From NCBI GenBank assembly GCA_965207445.1, contig CBDBLX010000002.1, positions 800,001 through 864,000 of the forward strand: DNA of 64,000 nt, given 5' to 3'. The stretch comes from Nitrosopumilus sp. (GTDB lineage Archaea > Thermoproteota > Nitrososphaeria > Nitrososphaerales > Nitrosopumilaceae). The translations under genes and the position numbers were made by a program. Below, in pieces: positions 54,916-64,000 of the stretch (position 1 is the stretch's first letter; every line of letters begins with the position of its first letter). Under the pieces are notes generated by a model. That model was not told where the DNA came from. It was given only the letters and a program-made list of their open reading frames with translations, and made no database searches.

Positions 54916-57900
54916 TAGCGACGAGCATAAGTTTCTGTACAGTGGATTTTTGTGATTTCGTGCCTGAAATAATCACATGTGGCAAAGTCCAATTGTGAAA
55001 ACGTTACATGAAACCACAATATGACTATTTTTATGTTCAAAATTATGGCAATATGTTGCAATATGCACAATCATACATCAAAAAATGGAATACAATTCAA
55101 GATTGAGATGGATGACTACGATGTGTGCTTACGCGTAGTGATAACCATGTTGAGAGAAGATGTACCTGAGCAATAATGCAATTTCATATTGCTAGTTTGT
55201 CTTTTTCTTTTTTGTTTTTGTTGTTGTTGCTATCGGGACAGTTATGTTACATTCCTCTGCTTCAGAACTCAGTTCACCTTCCAATCTGACGATTGGACGC
55301 ATTACCCCTTTGGGCGGTTTTCGTTTCCAGAATTTGGTAAAATTATAATCAAACATGTATTCGTTGATAAATTTGAATACTGCTTCTTTGTGTGCATCAA
55401 CAGTTGCATATCTTATAGAATTGTTGATTGATAATTTGAGTACGCCCCACAGTTCCTCAACAGGATTTAGGTACGGATGCCCTACTGGATACCACACTAA
55501 CATAATGTCCGGGTGGTTTTTGAAATATTTCATTGCATCATTTGAGGTGTGATATGTTGCTCTGTCAAGAACAAGCACCATCTTTCCAATTTTTTGATAC
55601 ATACGATCAACATGCTCCAAAAATGAGGCAGTGTTTGCAGTGCTACAGGAATTATAGAATAATTTTCCAGTTGATGTCATTGAACACAGCATGCTGAATC
55701 TATGATGATTCCCACTCCAAAACGAGTATATGCGTACTCCCACTTTTGACCAAAACTTACGTGACCTCTCAGAATCTCGAATGTGTGATTCATCCATTGT
55801 CACTATTGTGTGTCCTTTTTTGCTAAACTTTTCTAGCGTTTTAAAGAGTCGATATCTCCAGACTCGAACAGTTGTCATCTTGGCACGATTGATCTCAATT
55901 GGTTCTGTCTTTTTCTTTGAGCACTTCCACTGTCTCATGTATCTTCGAACTTGTGTTATACTTAGCCTCGTACCGGACAACTCAAATATCGTAAGCGTTC
56001 AGGTCTAATTATTGATGATCATAAATAGGCACGCCTGTTCCGATCACATAGCATGATATTAAATATACAAATAACATTTATAAGGAGATATCGCTATTTG
56101 TCATTGACTTACAAAAATGACAAATAGAAACATCAACAATGCAATATTGTACAATGGGAATTTAACCATGATACATGCGATCAGATGGGAGGTACAAGTG
56201 TAATGCCTTTAGAGATTGATCGCATACGTGCCGAAAGAGACGCGGCGTACTGCACGATTGGTGAATTAAACGACAAGGTTGTAGGATTGTCGGATATGAT
56301 TGGCTATATGAAAGAGAGAGATGTTGCATTAAATCAAGACATGGTTCGTTTGCGCAATGATAATGCAAAGTTAAATCAAGAAAAGACAGCAGTTGAGAAT
56401 GGCAAACCAAGCAGAAAAAAGGCAGCAGAGATTGTTCAAGAGTACAATGGAGGTGGCAGTGGAGACCATATTAGGTCTTGTAGCAAAAATTCAAAACAAA
56501 GACGAGTTGGCAGAGAGATTAAAGGTAGAATTATCAGGACTGCAACAAAAATTTGCAATAGAATATGGATATAATGGCAGTCCATCCAAATCCAAGCCAT
56601 ATGGTGACAAACGTGCAAAGTTTCAAAAAGAACTTGCAACTCATCTGACCAAAAAGCGTAACGAGTCTGTGAGTAGCAGTGACACGAACAGTGGGGATGT
56701 GACAAGTGGGGATGTGACAAGTGGGGATGTGACAAGTGGGGATAGTGATCTGTTACAAAAACTGCCAAAAAACCCCGGAGGCCAACCAGGTCATGTTGGC
56801 AAGTCACGTGAGGGCAAGTGCGAGAAAACCATACTTTTTAAAGTTGGATTGAGTGCATGCTGTGGCAGAGCAGACATGATTCAGGGTTCGTGTGTGCGCA
56901 AAAGAGTGTTTGGCCAAGATGTCGATGGTGTATGGCGTACTCTGATGTACGTGTGGTATCATGAAATATGCCCACAATGCGGTCAAGAATACGTACCTGA
57001 TACAGATGCAATCAGCGGATCTGCATTTTTGCCAAATGAGCGTGCATTGATAAACATGTACAACAACGGCGGCACTAGTGTACGTACTGCACAAGGTTAC
57101 ATCAAAGATAGAGAACACCTGCACATATCGATCGGTGCCATGTCAAACTGCGTCAGTGCAACTGCAAATTTAGTTGATAGTCGAATTATACACTCGCCAA
57201 TTGAAAAACCACTTGTAATCGATGAAGATGACTTGCGTATATGTCGGATGCCTATTGAGCCTGCAGGCGGTTGGAAAGTGGGCAAGGGTGCAGACATTTT
57301 AGATGATTATGATGCAGATGACCGTACTAGAGAGAACACGTATGCCCAAAGCGAGGCACTTCAAACTCGTTACAGTACAGTCTGGACATCATCTGTCACA
57401 CAACCACATAACGTGCATATCATGGAAGTGGCATCCATGCAACCATACAGTAAAAGCGACGAGTCACCGCACAAAGTCAAAAAAGACAACATACAGATGC
57501 TAACTGCCAATACAAACAAAACAGAGCATTACAAGGCAGTAGAACACAAATATGTCGCTGAGATGCAGATGTTTCTAGAGTGGGGCACAAACAGACCAAA
57601 TGTTCGTGACGGATACCAAGGATACTCTTGGCACAACTTTGATTTTCAACGATGTACAGTACACATATCGCGCAAAGTAGAAGATGCTGCAATAGACAAT
57701 GAGTTTGATTCTCCAGAATGCACCAGACACATACTTCTCAGTGAGATATTTGTAGATGCCAAAGCAAGCGCAAAATCATTCACCGCATATGCCGGGGGAC
57801 CAATGCAGAGTGCATGTGACCTAAACATCATAAAAGAAAAAGGATTGGATCAATCCGTACAACAAACAATAGCCCAACTCTTGGCAAAATATGACAAAGT

Positions 57901-59190
57901 ATCAAACATGATAGAGGATACGGCTGCCACTACACTGAAAAATGCAAGAGAAAATGTATTTACAGGCATCAAATACCCCGGAGTCCCACTACACAACAAT
58001 GACACAGAGCATAATGTACGCGATGTCCTTGTGTCCAAAAGTAAAAGAAAAGGACCATTTCCAAACTGGACTGCAGCACGCAACTTTGGCAGACTGCAGA
58101 CATTCTTTAGAACTTGTAGAAAAAACGGAACATCTGCATACGATGCGATCATCAAAATGTCTGCAGATAAAGCTTGGGACATCTTCACATCTGGAATACC
58201 TCCGCCGATAATGATAAACACAAAGCAATCTACTGAAGACAGTATACGTCCGTAACTATCAAAGTATGATTGCAAGGAATTCCACGGTTTCATGCGGACT
58301 CTACGTTGCCGCACGACATGTCATAATATGACTAAATAACAAAAATTTATTCATCTACATGGTCAACTTACCTGCATCATTTAATCACAACACCTAAAAT
58401 TTTACATCATATCAACTGCTAAAATTTACATGACTCACAATTCGGATTATCACACCCATCACCTTACATCTAGACACACTCGATTCTGGATTATCCTATG
58501 TGATATCATTAATTGACCCGTGCTGGCGTGCCTGCTTATGATCACCAATAATTAGACCTGAACGCTTACCAAATATCTTATCAGATATTTCAATAGATTC
58601 AAAACCTTTGCCATCACACCATTGTCTTACTTTATCAAGTATGGCTCTGTCAACTTTTGTCGGGCATCCTGATCTGGGTTTGTCTGATAATGCATCTCGA
58701 ATGCCTTTTGGTGTCTTTCTTGCAGCCTTTAATCTGTGCCACCACATTGAAACTGTTCTTCTATCGCAGCTGTGTTTTCGTCCAGTATCACTAAATGTAC
58801 CCAAACTAAAAAACAAAATCAACATACACAATCTGCGTACGACACGACCGTCTTTTTCGGTTTTTCTTATCTTCGACAACTGCTCACGCATGTCCATACT
58901 CTAGTAAATAAATTGATCATTTAAAACTTTCCTAAAATTAGGCACGCCTAAGCGTGCCGCAAAATTTTTGCGGTAACGCAGCATATTTGTCAATTACAAA
59001 CTAGCAAAGTATAAAGTACTAATTTTTTGGGCATGGTACACACACTGCGCTTATTACAATGCACACCTGAAATGTTTCTATTCATATTAAAAACAGATGT
59101 AACGTTTTCAAAATACAATATTTTTACATATGATCTTTTCAGGCATAAAATCGTGTAAAATTGGTGTACATGGACTTATGCTCGTCGCTA
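54916..59190 (-). mobile_element. IS630-family element interrupted by IS66
   Basis: TA duplication; ~95-bp imperfect TIRs beginning TAGCGACGAGCATAAGT; HTH half 58570..58897, DDE half 55192..55982 (MDES, LDRATYH, LNPVEELW). Confidence 0.9.
55991..58569 (+). mobile_element. IS66-family element (distinct type)
   Basis: TIR GTAAGCGTTCAGGTCTAATTATTG; perfect TSD CAAATATC; TnpC with PGGQPGH, DES, RDGY, PLHNNDTEH; frameshift near 56380. Confidence 0.92.
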
Positions 59191-59254
59191 TACAACTATA
59201 ACAGACCACACGAATCCCTAGACTGGAATGTGCTAGAAACCCCTGGCACAGGCA

Positions 59255-59364
59255 TAATAGTTTCATTAAAGATCCGATAGTTTTCTAATATTTTGTATTC
59301 ATAATATGTATTCAACTTCGAGATGAATATCAATCAAAATATCGGATCTTTAATCATATCAGTA
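59255..59364 (+). mobile_element. MITE-A copy 3
   Basis: Flanks GGCA (left) and TGCA (right). Confidence 0.9.
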
Positions 59365-59789
59365 TGCATTGCAGGTGCCATAACTACACTGAACTCGATT
59401 AAATGGACAGTCGCATCGCAAACTGTGCAATCTGTTGTATGTGGTGTCGCTTGGTTCATTTGGAATGAGATGTCAGTGTGAGGCCAATGTAGGTGGAAAA
59501 AAGATGTGCAAGCATGTGGTGGGGGGCATGTATACAAGCTCTTAGACAAAGAGTGGTGGTGCGGGCGCAGAAAAAAAGGATACAAATTAGGCGCAAAAAA
59601 TTGAAATGTCAGTATCCAAAATGCAGATCCAAAGATGTAGCGGGATTGGGAGAGTGCAAGCAGGAGAAAAAGATGTGAGGCAATACAGTGTCACAAGTGT
59701 GTCCGTACATTCTTCGGAATGGAAGGGTTCAAGGGGCGACATTTTAATGCATCCGTAATAGCAAGGGCGGCGTTTGCAAGAGAACCGAT

Positions 59790-59870
59790 GTAACCGTTCA
59801 ACCCCCGTACCTGCGCCAGACATTAGACGGTGAATTTGTGCCTAAATTTTGGAAGGAGTTGAACGGTTAC
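59790..59870. mobile_element. MITE-B copy 4
   Basis: Perfect 8-bp TSD GAACCGAT. Confidence 0.9.
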
Positions 59871-59932
59871 GAACCGATCATAGAAACACTAATAACGTAG
59901 GCACTATATTGACAAATAGATTGAATACGAAT

Positions 59933-61471
59933 ATGATAATTACTGTACTGGTTGTATTGGCTGCAGTAGTGTCCGGTACGGTTTACCAAGACGCAAGCGC
60001 AGCTACATTTACAAGCGCAGAGCAGGCTTGGCTCGATAATAACCCGAATGTATATGTGGGCTCTTCCATATGGACGCCGTATGAGTATGTGGATGAAAAT
60101 GGCAACTTGGCTGGAGTCACTGCCGATATTGCAGATCGGTTCTCAGAGATAACAGGATCAAATTTTGTGGCGCATGACACGGCAGCGGGCAATTGGGACG
60201 CAACCTTGACCGGACTTAGAGACGGCACCGTCGATGTGGCCTTTATGATTGAAGACACCGGAGGTTCTAACAGGGCCGATATTAGTTTCACTGATGCATG
60301 GTTTCATATCCCCACCCATGTCATAGTTCGGGACGGCGACCGTACGACGACCGCAGGCAACTTGGCAAGCAAAAGCATCGTGACCGTGCGGGATTACGCG
60401 GTAAATGCATGGCTTACAGATCAAGGTATACAATTTACCGAAGTTGACAGCACCGCAGAGGCTCTGCGACTCGTAGCGGCAGGTGACCATGACGCGCACA
60501 TTGAGAACTGGAACGTCGCATACCGCATTGCCGCAGACGCTGGAGTGTCAGGACTTGTAAATAACGGGCCGTCAGGACACACATACGCTCTTTCAATAGG
60601 CTATCCCGAAAATAACGCTCTTTTGGGTAGCATTTTGCAAAAAACTCTGGGTGACATAGCAGAGGCCGAGGTGCAGTTAATCGTTGATTCTGTAGTTCTT
60701 CGTAGTAATGCAGACCTTGTTATACAATCATTTACCGAACAAGAAAAGTCGTGGATTGCGCAGAATCCAAGTATAAGTGTAGGATCATCTATCTGGCCGC
60801 CGTACGAGTATGTGGATGATGCAGGTAACCTAAAAGGTGTCGCGGCCGCAATTGCTGACCGTTTCTCGGCGATAACAGGCTCTGCATTTGTGGCATCTGA
60901 TGCGGCAGGGGACTGGGAGCAAACACTGGACGGACTTATAGACGGTTCTGTCGGCGTTACGTTCATGATCGCGGACACTGGACCTTCTGATAATCGCAGG
61001 GCAGGTATTGCGTACACTGAACCTTGGCTTTATGTGGATACCCATATTATAGTCCGGGACGGCGACCGTACGACGACCGCAGACAACTTGGCAAGCAAAA
61101 GTATCGTGACCGTGCGCAATTATGCTGTAAACAGCTGGCTTACTGATCAGGGCATACCATTTACCGAAGTTGACAGCACCGCAGAGGCCCTACGGCTCGT
61201 GGCGGCAGGTGACCATGATGCGCACATTGAGAACTGGAACATCGCACACCACATTGCCGCAGACGCGGGTGTTTCTGGCCTTGCAAACAACGGGCCGTCG
61301 GGATATGAATACGCGCTCTCGATAGGATACGATGCAGACAATGCGGTTCTTGGTAGTATTTTGCAAAAAGTACTGTACGGAATCCAGGGTGAACGGGACG
61401 GGTTGGTTGTAGATGCCATAAGCCGTAGCGTTGCCGAACTTAGCAGCAGCACAGTACGCACTTGCAGGTAA
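59933..61471 (+). CDS. Secreted substrate-binding protein with two tandem PBP2 (BvgS-like) domains
   Basis: Signal peptide from ATG 59933; FTSAEQAWL and FTEQEKSWI domain starts; internal DNA duplication. Confidence 0.88.
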   Translation: MIITVLVVLAAVVSGTVYQDASAATFTSAEQAWLDNNPNVYVGSSIWTPYEYVDENGNLAGVTADIADRFSEITGSNFVAHDTAAGNWDATLTGLRDGTVDVAFMIEDTGGSNRADISFTDAWFHIPTHVIVRDGDRTTTAGNLASKSIVTVRDYAVNAWLTDQGIQFTEVDSTAEALRLVAAGDHDAHIENWNVAYRIAADAGVSGLVNNGPSGHTYALSIGYPENNALLGSILQKTLGDIAEAEVQLIVDSVVLRSNADLVIQSFTEQEKSWIAQNPSISVGSSIWPPYEYVDDAGNLKGVAAAIADRFSAITGSAFVASDAAGDWEQTLDGLIDGSVGVTFMIADTGPSDNRRAGIAYTEPWLYVDTHIIVRDGDRTTTADNLASKSIVTVRNYAVNSWLTDQGIPFTEVDSTAEALRLVAAGDHDAHIENWNIAHHIAADAGVSGLANNGPSGYEYALSIGYDADNAVLGSILQKVLYGIQGERDGLVVDAISRSVAELSSSTVRTCR

Positions 61472-62120
61472 ACATTGATTAGTTCCTACATTGCAAATTT
61501 GTGATGTATGGTCATCTCATTATTATCTGATTGGTTGTTATCAGGTGATTGTTGTTCCGGATGTTAGTTTTCCACTTGTTGTGTTCCTCCGTTTAGATTC
61601 AGGCATACTCTGCAGATATTTTTGATAAAGTTATGCCTGCTGGCAGGGTCGATAGATAATTGTGTGCATTCAGGATTTTTAGTAGTATGTTAGGCGTGTT
61701 AGAATTAAGCTTCTTCTGCATCCACGCGTATATAGTGACGTCCATAAATTCTGGCATAGATCAAAGTCACGAATCGGTTACAAATAATCTATGAACATTT
61801 TCTATAAATACGTGACATAACCGCAAGTACGGCGCGTAACTGACTCTCTAGGAGGAAAAATCAAAAATATGTTCATTTCTAGTTACAATTGAATAGTCCT
61901 AAAACAAGTTCACCCCTATATCCAAGTAGTTAATAGGAATCAGCATCATTTCATATCACCTCATATCATGATTTTTATGAGTATTTCCACTCACGAACAA
62001 GTCTCGTAATGGTGTCTTTTTGAGGTTGTGTTGTGATTTGTACATTACAGATGTTCCCCAGTTATTTGGAATTGTGATTTTTCAGTATCTATCATGGGTG
62101 ATTTTTTCCGCTCAAATGCC

Positions 62121-62231
62121 TACTGATATGATTAAAGATCCGGATATTTTGATTGATATTTATCTCGAAGTTGAGTACATATTATGAATACAAAATATTA
62201 GAAAACTATCAGATCTTTAATGAAACTATTA
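62121..62231 (-). mobile_element. MITE-A copy 4 (inverted)
   Basis: Reverse complement of MITE-A; flanks TGCA (left) and GGCA (right) in element orientation. Confidence 0.88.
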
Positions 62232-62317
62232 TGCATGCAATCCGAATGCCTGTTTTCCTAATTGCATCAATCTGAGCCTTGGAGCGTCTCTGCTTGCCAG
62301 ACTTGGTTGTCATTTCT

Positions 62318-62465
62318 GTGTAAACCCATCTTTATGACTGATATAATCATTCAAAAATAACTCCTAGCCAAATGCACCATATGTACGATACGCAATATAC
62401 AGGCAGAAATGTGACCAATATGAGTATATAATTTCATTATTGCATCCAAAGCGTTTGGTTCACAC
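62318..62465 (+). mobile_element. MITE-C copy 4
   Basis: TSD TCATTTCT/TCATTTCC; empty site present in the paralogous element near 29490. Confidence 0.85.
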
Positions 62466-63361
62466 TCATTTCCTACTAGTGTTTTTGATCTTAATTGGGT
62501 AGTTTCGCCTACCACTTTTTCTTCCTGAACTGTTTTTTGTATCATTGTACATATATTACCAATTGGATATATAAGTAGGGGTGAGTGCAATCCGATATCA
62601 GTGACGTTATAATGTTGGACTGAGAACAACAAACATGACTAAATGGGCTGCCAATACCTAACTGAATTCCAAGTATCCATAACCCACAACGTGAAAAGGG
62701 GTTTACCAGTTACTCGTACATTCCAAAGACGGTCCTTGCCAAACTTGGTAACCCAGAGGGTTTGAAGTTTATCATACGTGGCGACAAAATACTAGTTACG
62801 TGTCCGGATTGACTGCAATGGTTCAAATCTACATTAATTGTCACCAACCGCGTTTGCAGGAGAATTGAATATTCTGCACATCTAATAGATCTAAGGTCGG
62901 CGACCAAAAAGCAGTCTACGGCAGAGATTGAAGGGCATAGACGCAATCGAGGCGACAGGGACGTGGAGCGTCATGGCGGGATTGGGCGCCGTCGGCATAG
63001 TGGTGGCCGTGTGGGTCTGGTATCGGGACTTTCCAGCCGCCGGGAGCCACTTCAAAGAAGTCCGCGCTTCACACCCGTATCACGTATTCGCAACAGTACC
63101 ACAAAGCATGACATTTAATTAGCCGTTTTTTCTAGGGTAGGAAAATGATAAAGTCAGTAATCCTGTGGACGTCACAGAATTTGGATGCAGCGTTCCGCCG
63201 CCCGCATTCTGCACGTGTAGTGGGAAGAATATGTGAGAAGCGTTGCCGCCGTGCCGCTTTCTGTGGCTTCTTGGCCGGCTTTTGGCCTGCGCGGGAGCCG
63301 GATGTGGTGTTAGGGGGGGGGGGGTGAGTGAGAAGCGTTGGGCGCCGCGTTAGACTGCACC

Positions 63362-64000
63362 ATGCGCGCCGTGACACTCCTGGTTGCTGCGTCCGCCGTT
63401 GCAGTCGCGTCCACCCTGTTTGTGCCGTACGGCGGCGAGGCGTATGCGTCCTCCTTTGCATACAACTTTGACTACTCTTTTCGTGGTCCGCTTGACGTAG
63501 CCTCCAACTCGACGCACACATTTGTGCTGGACGGCACCGGTAACAACGCCAAGAAAGTTATCATATTTGACGAACGCGGCTCATTCGTCTCGGAGTTTGA
63601 CGTCTCTGCACAAGCACGAGTCCTTACAGTCACCCACGATAAGGTGTTTGTGATGACCGACTACAATGCACTTAATTTCAATTTCTCCCTTTTTGAGCGG
63701 CTCGAAGTATATGATCATTCAGGGAAACAACTGTTCGTTTACCCAAAGATTGGACAGAAGATGGATGAGACTCCGAGAGGTTACTTTAATGATGTTCTAG
63801 GCATGGACTCCAACGGCACGCACGTCTTTGTGACGGACACACATCGGGACTACGTCACGGTACTCGACGCAACCACCAACAATGAAGATAAAATCCGGTC
63901 ATCGGCAGGTATTTTGTCCCACTCCTCCTTGCGCGATCCACACGCGGTCGCGGCCAACACCAATCACGTCTTTGTGACGGATACCGCTGGCGACATGGTG
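63362..64000 (+). CDS. Secreted NHL-repeat / beta-propeller protein, runs off the window end
   Basis: Manual translation MRAVTLLVAASAVAVASTLFVPYGGEAYA... with repeats LDVASNSTHTFVLD, GMDSNGTHVFVTDT, AVAANTNHVFVTDT. Confidence 0.8.
   Translation, partial: MRAVTLLVAASAVAVASTLFVPYGGEAYASSFAYNFDYSFRGPLDVASNSTHTFVLDGTGNNAKKVIIFDERGSFVSEFDVSAQARVLTVTHDKVFVMTDYNALNFNFSLFERLEVYDHSGKQLFVYPKIGQKMDETPRGYFNDVLGMDSNGTHVFVTDTHRDYVTVLDATTNNEDKIRSSAGILSHSSLRDPHAVAANTNHVFVTDTAGDMV

Larger units (their letters stand above)
53922..59254 (+). mobile_element. IS481-family element, pseudogenised, hosting nested IS630/IS66; its right end is displaced to 61890..62120
   Basis: 24-bp end TGAATAGTCCTAAAACAAGTTCAC; RYEREHTNSMWHTD, ILTDHGSQF, TNGKIER; RWY (54908-54915) resumes as YNYNRPHESL at 59191. 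Confidence 0.85.

Noticed and set aside
56185..56574. Programmed frameshift in the IS66 transposase
   Set aside because: It needs a +1 shift with no convincing slippery signal; a simple indel is more likely

Overview
Genomic window from an ammonia-oxidising-type archaeon (Nitrososphaerota/Thaumarchaeota, Nitrosopumilaceae-like), inferred from gene content and protein similarity. Core genes include apgM, rps24e/rps27ae, pus10, srp54, a diphthine-ammonia ligase-like gene, ferritin, thiD/thiC, the archaeal aroA'-aroB'-aroD-aroE-aroK-aroA-aroC-(CM/aminotransferase)-tyrA pathway, mqnC, a UbiD decarboxylase, bcp and an aquaporin. The backbone is heavily invaded by IS elements (IS66, IS630, IS481, IS1595, IS6-like) and three MITE families. 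Low-complexity protein insertions, an NHL-repeat protein and stand-alone substrate-binding proteins suggest a host-associated (e.g. sponge) lineage; this is inference. Most notable: (1) an unannotated three-gene micro-operon (acidic miniprotein + short peptide + ~4-TM protein) present twice; (2) a MITE-bounded 2.7-kb composite with an 8-bp target duplication carrying a GC-rich orphan gene; (3) two paralogous GTLPKGF-repeat proteins under concerted evolution; (4) a nested IS481>IS630>IS66 stack next to a MITE-mediated inversion. No rRNA, tRNA or CRISPR array was recognised. All family calls are by motif recognition, without database searches.
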